A stretch of DNA of 56,705 bases from the NCBI RefSeq assembly GCF_006345805.1, contig NW_021833650.1, positions 1 through 56,705 on the forward strand, read 5' to 3'. The notes beneath the pieces are model-generated. The model had not been told where the DNA came from and ran no database searches. It was given only the letters and a program-made list of their open reading frames with translations. The DNA comes from Octopus sinensis (taxonomy: Eukaryota). Each line of letters begins with the position of its first letter. Within the stretch, counting starts at the first letter, position 1. This document shows positions 37,559 through 51,309 of this stretch, piece after piece. The translations under genes and the position numbers were made by a program.

Positions 37559-37818
37559 CTTCTTCCTTTTTGTTCCATCTCGAGCCATGCCTAGCTCATG
37601 AGGGCCGGTTTCCCGGTTTCAGTGGCGTAGAAATTCCCCCAACTGGACGGGACGCCGGTCCGTCGCAGGATTACTCACTTTTGCCAGCTGAGTGGACTGG
37701 AGCAACGTGAAATGAAGTGTTTTGCTCAAGAACACAACGCATCGCCCGGTCCAGGAATCGAAACCACAACCTTACGATCATGAGTTCAACACCCTAACCA
37801 CTAAGCCACGCGCCTCCA
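37559..37818 (-). mobile_element. SINE group C variant: tRNA-like head, CORE-like domain, V-like tail
   Basis: Minus strand GGAGGCGCGTGGCTTAGTGGTTAGGG...GTTCTTGAGCAAAACAC...GCGACGGACCGGCGTCCCGTCCAG; 14-bp TSD with one mismatch at 37545-37558 and 37819-37832. Confidence 0.9.
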
Positions 37819-38028
37819 CTCCAGGTTGGCACAGATAATTTAAACCGGCAAACAAAGTCGGTGACTACGAGCATATGCTTCTACTTTCTGAATCATCAAA
37901 TGGACAATACTTTAATTAAGACAAGATCGAATCAGTTGATTTGTGATATAGTTACTAATTATAGGAACTCTAGCTAACAACTGCTGTTTGTCTCTTCTCT
38001 TTGCTTGTCTTGGCCTATCTCCATATGC

Positions 38029-38083
<55 letters not shown>

Positions 38084-39096
38084 GAAAAAAAAAAAACACC
38101 TTTTATCAAAATGATCAATTAAATTACACCATCTAGAAAATTACATATAATAGAAATATCAAAAATAATATAACAATTATATACCAATGATTAAGTGAAT
38201 TGCAAAATAATAATAAAAACGTATATATTTGGTAGATTTTCTGAAATTTGATTTAGTATTTCTAAATTGAATTTTTCCCTGTAAGTTAGGAATAATATTC
38301 CATCAAATAATTATTATATGTATATATATATAAGGGAGGTAACCGAGTTGCCACGGACATGTATTTGAAGAACATAAAGAGGTGTGCCAAATGACATACA
38401 ATATAAATTCGTGATTTATGAAACTTATTTCCGCCCATAGAGGATGTGTCATAATTGAAGAATTCTTCATTTTTGTTATTTTCTCACCTTCTCTTATGGA
38501 GCTGGCTTTGCCATTGAGTAACTGTGACGCGGCCTTTAGATCTGGATATGATTTTAATAACTCTACGATGTATGTCATATGGTATTGAATATAACATGTA
38601 TTTGTCTATGTTATTCCTATGCATACCACTGGCCAATCTGAGATACATAACTTAGCTCATTGTTGTTTAAACGTTTCATATTATGTATATACTCTTTGGA
38701 TGCTAGTCGATAGATAAGGATAAATGTCAAGCTGATGACGTTTATTGAGGTAGAGGCACGTGTCCACAACTGTCCTCTTATCTCTGGACAATAAACCTGT
38801 CCCTTTCTTTATTGTCAATAGTATTTATAACAAATCAGAATTATGTGACATAAAAACATATGTTTTTAGGTTTATGAACATGGGAAAATAAAAATCATTG
38901 ACAGATTTATATTCTTTATCACAGATTATATTTTAAGTATTAACAGCTATTTTGATAAGAGAAGTAGCGCACTGCATATAAATATGAAAAGGTTTATAAG
39001 AGGATTTCTCTGCTTTTATGTGCATAAATAACTGTGAACAATTGTAGCATACCTTTAATAAGTGACGTTTTAGTGGGATCTAAACTTCATTCATGT

Positions 39097-39384
39097 TTGT
39101 TTGTTCTTTCTCATAAGGGCCGGTTTCCCGGTTTCCTTGACGTATAGGTTCCCCACCTGGACGGGACGCCGGTCCGTCGCAGGTGAGCTGCAAGATGCAG
39201 GAGGAAAGAGTGAGAAAAAGTTGTGGCGAAAGAGTCAGCAGAAGTTCGCCATTACCTGCTGCCGGAGCCGCGTGGAGCTTAGGTGTTTCGCTCATAAACA
39301 CACACATCGCCCGGTCAGAGATTCGAATCCGCGATCCCTCGACCGCAAGTCCGCTGCTCTAACCACTAGACCATGTGCCTCCAC
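39097..39384 (-). mobile_element. SINE group C chimera (middle shared with 28931/34210, tail shared with 37559)
   Basis: Visible block homologies; imperfect TSD at about 39082-39096 and 39385-39399. Confidence 0.85.
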
Positions 39385-39576
39385 AAAATTCATTTATGTG
39401 ATGGTAAAGCAATCAGTTGGTAGACAGGCAGGATTTTACGGGTATATTCTCGAGTGTATTTGAACAGTAATGTAGTTAAGATTTATTTAAATAAAATAAA
39501 TATCGGACTTTAAACAACAACTAAATACAACAACTAATTCTTACATATTTTTTACACGCACACGCACATACACACC

Positions 39577-39620
<44 letters not shown>

Positions 39621-40382
39621 TGAGGTTTAGATCTCAGAGTAAAAGTGGTTGCATTGAAAATTGTATCATATATTATTTCTGGAGAATGTAAACATATTCG
39701 ACTACTTTGGGAGAAATAAATTAAGAGGTTTCACAATAAGATTCTTTGATTGTTTAAAATAAGTGGATGGAATATAGTGTTCAATGACATTATCAAACTG
39801 TCAGTTCAGCCTAACACCGATTCTCCTAATATATTTTACAGTTGAATTTGTAATTTGTGGAATTCGATAGTCATCGATCAGGCATTCTCTGGGATTAATT
39901 TCCTTAAGTGACAATTTTACAGAGGAAGATAATTTAGTATTATACAGCAGGGACTGACTGTCTGAGTTGAACATCTATTCCAAATTAAAGCTATTTAATA
40001 ATCGATTCTGGGCAATATTGTTACTTTTAATTATAGTCAAATGCTGTTTATTCTACTAAACCTCATCATTCCCAGCTCCGAAGCGAATCAGTAACCTCAA
40101 CCAATTTCTCAAATGCATTTTCACTTTTAATTCTGCGTATAATCTAAAATCATTCGTTCAATAGAAAGGAGTCAACACATTTTGAAGGGTGGGGATTCAC
40201 CCCAGTACTTGACTGGTGCCATATTTTATCAAACAACGAAAGGGTGTTAAACAACGATTATTTACATAGAATTTGAACTCAGAACTAAAAGTGTATCAAC
40301 TAGCCGCTTTAAACGAATCTCCAATAACAACAATTGCGCTTATATATATGTATATATATATATATATATGTGTTTGTATATG

Positions 40383-40575
40383 TTTGTGTGTCAGTTTGTC
40401 CCCCCAACATCGCTTGACAACCGATGCTGGTGTGTTTATGTACCCGCAAAATAGACCGATAGAATAAGTACTAGGCTTACAAAGAATAAGTCCTGGTGTC
40501 GATTTGATCGACTAAATGCTGTGCTACAGCATGGCCGCAGTCAACTGACTGAAACAAGCAAAAGAGTAAAAGAGT
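40383..40575 (+). mobile_element. SINE family B 3' half
   Basis: TTTGTCCCCCAACATCGCTTGACAACCGATGCTGG...CAGTCAACTGACTGAAAC. Confidence 0.85.
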
Positions 40576-40851
40576 ATGTCATCATCTTCAATGTCATCAG
40601 CATCATTACCATCATCGAATTTTTAGTAGATGAGATTCATGATGATGATCTTCAGCAGCATCAGCATCATTCTGTTGCTTCTGCTGCTGTGATTGATGGA
40701 GATTACAATAATTCTTCTTCCAGTGCTTCTCAACCCCTTTTTAAATATGGACCCCTTTAATTTCCATTTTATTCTGATGGATCTCCATAGGCATTCGACT
40801 AGTTTTATAATATTTCTTTCAGAATTCCTGTTTCGTATTTCACACATTCGC

Positions 40852-41235
40852 TTACTCTTTTACTTGTTTCAGTCATTTGACTGTAACCATGCTGGAGCGC
40901 CGCCTTTAGTCGAGCAAATCGACCCCAGGACTTATTCTTTGGAAGCCTGGTACTTATTCTATCGGTCTTTTTTGCCGAACCGCTAAGTTACTGGGACGTA
41001 AACACACCAGCGATGTGGGGTGGGATGGGGGCAAATATAGACACACAAACATATATATATATTTACATATATGCGATGGGCTTCTTTCAGTTTCCGTCTA
41101 CCATATCCATATACAAGGCTTTGTCAGCCCGAGGATATAGTAAAAGACACTTGCCCAAGGTGCCACGCAGTGGGACTGAACCCGGAACCATGTGGTTGCT
41201 AAGCAAGCTACTTACCACACAGCCACTCCTACGCC
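40852..41235 (-). mobile_element. SINE family B, full length
   Basis: Reverse complement of the 33483 and 41574 copies. Confidence 0.92.
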
Positions 41236-41573
41236 TTTATATACTATATGCTTCTGTATGTTTACAACATATCAGAGAACGTGTTATGAAAATATATACA
41301 ACTAAAGCAGAATATTACCATGCACCCTTAAAGCACGACTAGGAATCCCTAATTTACAATCTTGCTTGTGTGAAAACGCCAAAAATTTTATGTGGAATTT
41401 TAGGGTTGATATGGAACCTAATTCAAAGCCATTGCTCCTGGCACAAGGCGTGAAATTTGAGGTGGTGGGGAGAGGTTAGTCTACCAAATGGACCTCAGTG
41501 CTCAACTGGTACTTTTCTTTTTATCCACATCGAAAGGATGAGTGATGAAGTCTACTTTGCTGGAATGTGAGGT

Positions 41574-41986
41574 CAGGAGTGGCTGTGTGGTAAGTAGCTT
41601 GCTAACCAACCACATGATTCCGGGTTCAGTCCCACTGCGTGGCATCTTGGGCAAGTGTCTTCTACTATAGCCCCGGGTCGATCAATGCCTTGTGAGTGGA
41701 TTTGGTAGACGGAAACTGAAAGAAGCCTGTCGTATATATATATATATATATGTGTGTGTATGTGTGTGTTTGTGTGTCTGTGTTTGTCCCCCTGGCATTG
41801 CTTGACAACCGATGCTGGTGTGTTTACGTCCCCGTAACTTAGCGGTTCGGCAAAAGAGACCGATAGAATAAGTGCTGGGCTTACAAAGAATAAGTCCCGG
41901 GGTCGATTTGCTCGACTAAAGGCGGTGCTCCAGCATGGCCTCAGTCAAATGACTGAAACAAGTAAAAGAGTAAACGAGTAAAAGAG
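41574..41986 (+). mobile_element. SINE family B, full length, nested in an old minus-strand SINE A (41440-41573 and 41987-42060)
   Basis: SINE A core lies to the left and SINE A head remnant to the right, collinear on the minus strand. Confidence 0.88.
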
Positions 41987-42329
41987 AGCCAAAGAAAATG
42001 GCGCTAAGCCAGTCGTCCGGCGCGCCGACGAATCTGCCAGCCCGCCCGCCGACTTCAAGGTGACGGTAATCATGCTAATGATAATTATAAACGAAGCCAA
42101 TGCTCATTTCGACATGTATATTCACTCATTCGCACATTTTCTTTCCCGGTTTTCTTTTCAACGAGAGCCTTTATTGCGTTTTGCTCAAAATGGAAATGAA
42201 TATCAAACCCTATTGCAATAGAAAAGAAAAGACAGAAAAAATGAAATAATAAATAATAATAAAACTTGATGGTTTTCTCGTGTTAAAATTTGCGTTGTTA
42301 TTTCATACTTGTGACTTTACTTCATTTAT

Positions 42330-42373
42330 TACAATTTTATTATTATTATTATTATTATTAATATTATTATTAA

Positions 42374-42413
<40 letters not shown>

Positions 42414-42598
42414 ATTATTATTAATATTATTGTTATTACAATTATTATTATTATTATGTTATTATTATTATTATTATGTTATTATTATTATTATCATTAC
42501 TATTATTATTATTATTATTATTATTATCATTATTATTATTATTATTATCATTATTATTATTATTATTATCACCATTATTATTATTATTATTATTATCA

Positions 42599-42630
<32 letters not shown>

Positions 42631-42664
42631 GTCATCATTGTCATCATCATTATTATTATTCTTA

Positions 42665-42698
<34 letters not shown>

Positions 42699-42722
42699 CA
42701 TTATTGTTGTTGTTGTTGTTGT
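42330..42722. repeat. (ATT)n/(ATC)n/(GTT)n tract, ~390 bp
   Basis: Direct reading; explains the poly-I/Y/L ORFs. Confidence 0.95.
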
Positions 42723-43540
42723 TTGTCTGTTAGACTACTGTAGACATATTTACATTTCAATGGGCTGTAGCTTTCCTGTCAATATTCGGATCCCCGAGAA
42801 ATTTGCATTGAGATGAAATAACACAAAAAAATCACGATAGCAAATATCTAAATACAAATATGGAGTCGTTGGCAGCGATGGTGAACTAGTTATTTCGATA
42901 ATAATAACTACAGAAAATCTGCATTAATGCTTGGTAAAATGTATTTAACGTCAAAGTGACCGTAACCCTTTCTGATCAAATGCAATATAATAATGCCCAG
43001 AGAATTCATACTGATAGCATTCATTGCTATAATCTTTTATATTTCTGAAACGTGTAAATGAATATATTTCCTTTATATTTGCCGTTATTTCAATCAATGC
43101 TTCTCAAAGAATTGGTATATGCGTAGAAAAAACCTTCAGCAAACAACAAGCCTATACAGTTTCGCTATGGTCTGTTACTTCATATCTACGAAATTGAAAT
43201 ATAGATGCACACGTGAACAGCTGTGCAAACAAACGTATGTACTGTACATATATACACGTATACGCATGCCTGTACAAGGGTAAAAAAAAGGCTGAATATG
43301 AGAACATGTATGTATACCTGTTTACAAGAACATAACATCTATATATTTTTTTTTGTTATGAATATGTATGAATATGTAAATGCACTTATACACGAACAGC
43401 CTGACATTTATATAGGTATATATGTGCTTGTGTGTGTGTGAGTTGTGTGTGTGTATTTGTGTGTGTTGTATGTGTATGCATATATATATATACGTATACA
43501 TATATATATATATATATATATGTATATGTATATATATATA

Positions 43541-43628
<88 letters not shown>

Positions 43629-43647
43629 GTCTGTAAGCGTGTGTTCG

Positions 43648-43748
<101 letters not shown>

Positions 43749-44144
43749 CCCATAAAAAGTGTCGTCCATTAAGGATCGAAAATGACTTTTAAATCATTTC
43801 ACATTGGCAAAGCTCTAGTACAGCCTTAGTTGTAGTGCAAAAACTAAGTAAAGACCTACAGAACGTCATGCATAGCAAAATTGATTTAACACTAGTATAT
43901 TATTGTTAAGTATGGGAGATAACTCCTAACTTAACTTTGTTGGAGATGATCAACGTGGACGTAACCTTAGTATAATTTCGTGAGGTATTAGATATCGAGT
44001 TTCTTAAACAAATATGCAAAATATATATATTTATTTGTCTACAATATGATAAACAGCAAGCTGTTTTATTTTTCTGAGATACTAACCGATAGGAACTTAT
44101 AAATTCAATAGAGATGGAAATGTAGTATTTGTATTATATTGCCC

Positions 44145-44234
44145 GTGTGTTACATTGCGCGTGTGTTACATTGCGCGCGTGTGTTACATTGCGCGTGTGT
44201 TACATTGCGCGCGTGTGTTACATTGCGCGCGTGT
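44145..44234. repeat. Minisatellite, 5 x GTGTGTTACATTGCGC(GC)
   Basis: Direct reading; 16- and 18-bp units. Confidence 0.9.
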
Positions 44235-46092
44235 GTGTGTTGTATGTGTGTGTGAGTTCGTGTTAAAACTGCAATATATATCGGAGTGACGCGAACATCG
44301 TTTTAGCAGTGATTGAAACGGATGTCAGATGCGTTTAGGCCTTTTGGATGGGGAAAAATTTCGTCTAGGCATATTTTGATGCCCAAAACGGCCGAAATAT
44401 GGCTGACATTCTTGCGAGTACCGCTGCAATGATGTTTACCTCTCTCCGACATATACTGTGTTTTTAACAGGACATGTCTATGAAGAGACTTTCTCTCTGC
44501 CAAAAACAATAGAATTTATGGCTTTTAATGGTGTATATACGCTATGTAGTCTACAGTGGTGACTTTGGTTTTGTTTCTTACTTTATTGTTCTTGAAAAAT
44601 GTATCTTTTAAGACATTGTCATAGGAAGAATGGAAACGTCTGCGACACTTTTCTAAGATGACAAGGCTAATGGTGAAAAGAAGACGGTGAGCCTCAAACC
44701 AAAGTGTTCGACTGAATGCTTGCAAGACAACGAACGCCATTGAAATTACCCAAGGGATGGGTGTTGGGGTTAGCAGTGCAATGCATTAAGTCAGCTACTA
44801 AACAACAATAATAGCGCCTACCAAAATTCGCTAATGAGGCTTTGCTCGATACAAGGAAAGAAGACACTTGCGCTCTTACCATTCATTTGCTTCATTGTCA
44901 CTCATTTTATTCTCTTACATCAATCAACGGTGTTGTATCGCAGCGCGTCAATACTGTTCTGTAATAGTACACGCGAGGTCGGAATTAAAATCAATTAACG
45001 ATTTTGTGACGGAAGCTTCCAACATGAAAACGGTAGCGTCTTGTTGCGTAATATCAATTAAGTTAATCCACTACGATCAACAACGTGAAATGGGAAGTTT
45101 TAATTTATGCAAGTATGCAAGCATTAAATATACTTCTAAAGTAGTTTGTTGATTCTCATTAATGTCTGCACCATTTTGCAGTTTTCCAATAATTTTCGCA
45201 GACATATTTTACTTAAGGTATTACTATATTTTTCTTCTCAATCTTATAGGGATATAAATTCTTAAATAAGACACTCCTTATCTTTATATATTAACATATA
45301 ATTGACATAAATTGACAATCATGATTGGAATATATCGATCTGTTTTGTTTTATTTGCAAGTTTCTGTTATAATTTATTGCGGGGTGAACTATCAGAAAGA
45401 ATTCTATATGGTAGCTCCTGCTGCTTAAAATAGCAACAAAATCTTTCGGAAATGTAAACCATTTGTCCGATGTAATCAATGTTAAACTGACCAATATAGC
45501 CCTTGGTATATATGAAAAATATGATAGGATGGTCATTAGTGGAAATATGCGATCATAGGTTTCCTCGATGTGGGTTGGACTAAACAAAGTAGAACAAACA
45601 TGGCGTGTGTGTCATGGCTGGTCATATAGCGGTACTAGAATTCGATGACTAACAATCTGAAGCTAAATTAAAACTGATAATCAACTCTTCATAGTCAGTA
45701 ATGAGAGTTTTAAATGCAATTAAATAAAAGCTTTTGAATTTCATGCAATCTTAACATTACCGATGAGCTCTCAGACGTTCTGACTACACTTCACTATGTG
45801 AAGTGTAATCAGAACAGCGATGGCCCATCTAATAAAGTCAAATAAAATACATACGAGAAAGTTTATTAAATCTGAAAATTTGACAAGAGAATTCAATGAC
45901 ACCGTGCGTGTATATATATATACGCATATGTTTGCTTGCGTGTGTTTGAGAGTGGTACTCAAGTTGTGTATATTTGAAGTCGAGGCTGAGTGAAAATTAT
46001 TAATTTGGTTGAAGTTGAGATTTTTATATTTTCTGATGGAGCAAATGATTAGTTATTCTACTAATGAGATATCTCATATATATATATAATAT

Positions 46093-46141
<49 letters not shown>

Positions 46142-46179
46142 TATATAATATATATATATGTATATATATGTATATATAC

Positions 46180-46230
46180 ACGGTGCCCCAACATGGCCAC
46201 AGCTTGTGAGCTGAAACTAGATAAAAATAA
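46180..46230 (+). mobile_element. Extreme 3' tail of the CR1/L2-type LINE
   Basis: CGGTGCCCCAACATGGCCACAGCTTGTGAGCTGAAACTAGA, compared with 34074-34116. Confidence 0.75.
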
Positions 46231-46291
46231 AATATATATATGTATATATACATACATATATGTGTATATATAGATACATATATATGTATAA

Positions 46292-46359
<68 letters not shown>

Positions 46360-46363
46360 TATA

Positions 46364-46408
<45 letters not shown>

Positions 46409-48498
46409 ATACATATATATGTATATATAGGTATCGGCAATAGCATTTCTTTGTGAGTATGTGTCTTGTATTACGTCTTGTCTAAAGATGTACACCAGTT
46501 TGTTTTATTTCACAGACGAGTACAATAATCTCCTAGACTCAAGAATAAAGACAAAACACTGTAAAAACCAATATTTAATGAAATTTTAGGAAAACAAAAT
46601 TATGCCTATTGCAGCGTTTTCTGCCGCAGTACAATTTGTCATAAATTAGTTAGAATTAATAAGATGCTTTTATCGAGAATTTAATGTGTATTATTCCCTA
46701 AAGATTCACTGGTATATTTCTTGTTTTAGAAAATAGAAGTAAAATGTTAAATAAAACAACCAAAAAAAAAATCCAGCTAGTGAATTGATAAGAATTCTTT
46801 TGCAAGAAGATACTTTAAGGCAATAAACTTAATCACTTTTTCTTCAGCGTAAAATGTGTTTCCTTCATCATCCATTTCTTTTTACATTCGCTTCAGTCCA
46901 AATTTACACTGCACTTCACTCCAATTCTTTTCGTTTTTCCGTTACTAATGAATAATTCAAGAGAAATCACAACATCGCTGCCCTGTTCTCTAAATCGTTC
47001 CTGTTATTTATATTTAATTGTTTACTTTCTTTCCGTTCCTTCAGTCTTTCTTGTCTCCTATCGCCAACCACTTCCTTTCTTTCTCTCTCTCCCTCCCACC
47101 TTACACTTAAACGAATAGCAACATCCTTTCTTCCTTTCTTTCACTGCCCCAAACACGAAATATTATGAGCTCTCTTACTACATGTGGCTTCTGCATTGAT
47201 GAATTTCTTCAACAACGAAATACACAAATAAATAAATAAAGCCAAAAAGGGAGAAATAAATGAATATCACGTTTGTTTTATTAACAATTGTTGAATCATT
47301 CCTTGCAGACACGATGTGAACATGACCGGCGTTGGAAAATCTTGTTTAAACGTAATTAATCAGGTGGAAGACACATAATTAAAATAGTATCATACATGTT
47401 GCCTATTTAACTGCAAGCTAAATTTCAACTTTACTTGCATTATGTTTTGAAACTGTTTCGGCTATATGTTTCACGAGATTGATTTAGTGTGGGCCTTTGC
47501 GGACTGGAAGATTAAAATAGTGAATGCGATAATAGATTTTGTTTCATAATTAAAAGAATTCACCGCCGGCATATTGCATTTGAATAGTGTGTTATTTATA
47601 GGCAGAAATTCTGTGATATACAACACCGAATTTCTACCAAATTATGATGGGCGGGTGGCTTGCCAAGACATTTATGTTCTCAAAAAGATTTTATTTTACA
47701 CTAAGTTAAAGAAGTGAGACTTTACTAAATCAACATAGAAGCATCGAAACTAATATAACATATACATATGCGTGTGTGTGTGTGTGTAAGTGTGTGTATA
47801 CATTGATGGTAATCATAAATGAACTTTAAATCACAGAATATCATTGGGGAAATATATGATAATCAAACATTCTGACGTTTATTTTATTGTAACAGTTTTG
47901 TTCGATAAAACAACAAACAGCAGATAGATAATAAGATCATTTCTCAGTTATGAAGCAGAATGGGAAATTAATTTTCTGATAAATGATCTTAATACTCTCA
48001 TAAAACATTTGTATTTCTCTATGAAAGTTATCCATACTTAATATTTTTATGTTTCATTTACTCTTTCTTTAGTTTTATAACATACAACTGGTCAGAAAAA
48101 AAAATAACCAAAAATAACTAATTTTTTAGTATATGGGGAATATTTCAACAAAAATAATTATTGAATTAAAATAAAAATCGGTTGATGGATATTATATTGT
48201 GTCTATATTTCAAAAATTGATTTCTATTTCAAAGTGTTATATTATCCTTTTGCAAATATAATAAATTTAATGCTAATTTTTAAGATAAAACATTTTATTC
48301 GCTCCAATCAACGTACGTTGTCTTCAGAATTTACATACTGTAATTGTAAATATTATTACGAAAAGGCAGCGAGTCGGCGAAATCATTTGTCGGAAAATGT
48401 GCTTTACTGTATTTATTCCGGCTCTTTCCATTCTGCTTTCAAATGCCGTCGAGGTAGACCCTGCTTGCCATCTTTTCAGTCTTTATAAAATAATGTAC

Positions 48499-48914
48499 CT
48501 ATTTCTTTACTACCCACAAGGGGCTAAACACAGAGAAGACAAACAAGCACAGACAAACGGATTAAGTCGATTATATCGAATCCAGTACGTAACTGTTACT
48601 TATTTAATCGACCCCGAAAGGATGAAAGGCAAAGTCGACCTCGGCGGAATTTGAACTCAGAATGTAGCGGCAGACGAAATACCTATTTCTTTATTACCCA
48701 CAAGGAGCTAAACACAGAGAGGACAAACAAGGACAGACAAACGGGTTAAGTCGATTATATCGACTCCAGTGCGTAACTGGTACTTATTTAATCGACCCCG
48801 AAAGTATGAAAGGCAAAGTCGACATCGGCAGAATTTGAACTCAGAACGTAACGGCAGACGAAATACCGCTAAGCATTTCGCCCGGCATGCTAACGCTTCT
48901 GCCAGCTCACCGCT
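48499..48914 (-). mobile_element. SINE family A dimer inserted in an older plus-strand SINE A (about 48360-49000)
   Basis: Two 184-bp units; 19-bp TSD TCTTTATAA(A/G)ATAATGTAC at 48480-48498 and 48917-48935. Confidence 0.92.
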
Positions 48915-49365
48915 TTTCTTTATAAGATAATGTACTATTTAACTATTGAGATCCGCAGACTCGACTAACACCCTCCCCTCAATATTTGAAGCTTTGTATA
49001 TAATTCATAAACCATAAATATTATTATAAAGGTATAATTTTATAATGACGAGACATAGCATAGGTGCCAAAGCATCAACTAGATACTGTAGGCTCGAGTG
49101 TCGCTATTTCTTTTCCTAGTAGGTATATCCAGATGAAACCGATCGCCTGTACAGGTCTCGGTGGTAGTTCTAAATATTCAGTCACTTTGACAATCTCTAG
49201 GAAATATATAAGACCCACCACTGTCATATAGTTAAATAGTGAGGTGGCATATATGTGGTATATCTTAATTTTAGGACTGCTTTCTTAGTACAGTGTCTCC
49301 TGTGCCCAAGACTAATGGTATGTTATCCACTGTTAGTAGCGACGCCTGCTGGATTCGGCTGCTCT

Positions 49366-49402
49366 GCATTGATAAGGGGCAAATACCCTGAAACTAGTCT
49401 GC
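49366..49402 (+). ncRNA. Minimal type-I hammerhead ribozyme-like motif (U3-A8 variant)
   Basis: GCA-TTGATAA-GGGG-CAAATA-CCCT-GAAAC-TA-GTC-TGC: helix I, helix II, palindromic helix III (ACTAGT) and a GUC cleavage triplet. Confidence 0.55.
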
Positions 49403-50908
49403 TGATGCCTGACAAGCAAGAGGAAGGGGCACACCTCCCCTGATCGAAGGTTATAATGGACACAGGTTCGTGTGTCAGCTAGCTAGAGGCGATGGCGTCT
49501 TGGAGCTAATCAGCGGCAGCATTCGTCCCATATCTCTGGACTGCCATATTAGCTTGGACGATAACCATTAATATTCAGTACCGCTGCCGTTGTCTCTTTT
49601 AAAGACACTTAGAAATATTAATATTTCTATGATTAGTATTACTTTTCAGCCCAATAAAGCCAGTTTACATAATTCTCAAGGGCAGCGGAATAATTGTTTT
49701 TCTAATGTTTCTTGCGACTGTATATGTTTCGATTTCAAATCTCACTGAAGTAAATTTCGACAAAATATAATACCTTTCAGGTACTGAAGTCGTTGATATC
49801 ACCTAACCACCTCGACTAAAAAATACTGGTCTTGTTTCAAAATCAATAGCCATTACTAACTTACAGTTCTTTAATTTCGGAATCCAAGTCCCATCGATAG
49901 AAGTCAAATGCGTCATGGTTGTGACAATCCTAACCGTTGGCCCTAAATTATAGCCTTGTGTTTATGTTAGAAATAATTACCCTTATTATTAATTTTTGAA
50001 GAAACTGATTAGTTTGTGATATCAATACCATTCATATTCTTAAGCTATATGAGTATATAACAGACATGTTTAACAAGTACACTTATAAATATTTATTTTT
50101 CAGCAGCTCTACATAGTTTGTTCCAAAGATCTTACATCCGTTGACCCTGTTTACAGAAGACATTTTCACCAGCGTAGGAGACACAAAATATGTGAGATAT
50201 TCAGCGAAATGAATCACTGTAATTAGAAGAAACTATCTTAAGCAGGAATGTCGGAATTCAAATAAAAATGCCTCATTTTGACAATGCTCAGCACCTTTTT
50301 TTGTTGGGATTTTTGTATTTTTAACAGCTTCAATTAGGCAATGGATAGGTCACTTACAGCATCAATAAAATCTTTTTAAATATTTACTTTCTCTTTTATT
50401 GTACATTTGTAAAACTTCGGTTTAGATATGCTACTTTTTTCTTTAGTGTATTACAATGCTAGTGTAATATCAAAAACTGCTTATTTAGCTGATTTCCAAA
50501 TTTGTTAAATACATTGCTACAGCTCATTCTTTGAATTAGTAAGTCTTCACTCTTATTGTGTCACTCTCTTCGCTTACGAAATCTTATTCTTTTATATTTA
50601 GACCAACTCAGACATTCATTTGTTCAGCTTCAACGTATCTAGGATGAAACCTAAACATAAAACGCATGTGGGCATCAATATTCTTTAGGTTTGCAGTTGG
50701 CGAATGAAAGCGCTGGCTAAGGTGATCAGAGTAGTTTTCTGGCTAAAACACTTGTAGGTGTGATGAGAGAGACGAAACTAGCAGCCGCCTATGTAGAACA
50801 AGAACAGCATATAATTTGCTTACTTGTTTGTAAAATAATATAATAATTACAGAAAAGAGGTGGTGTAGGGGGAAAACACAGACAGAAATATGCACACACA
50901 ATAATATA

Positions 50909-51170
<262 letters not shown>

Positions 51171-51189
51171 ATATATATATATATATATC

Positions 51190-51220
<31 letters not shown>

Positions 51221-51236
51221 TTATATATATATATAT

Positions 51237-51309
<73 letters not shown>

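Noticed and set aside
45291-45587. Hydrophobic 98-aa ORF resembling a membrane protein
   Set aside because: AT-driven composition and no recognisable family motif.
47322-47376. Rab-like P-loop (TGVGKSCL)
   Set aside because: Lacks the first Gly of GxxxxGKS, has no downstream GTPase motifs, and stops soon after; kept only as a weak exon candidate.
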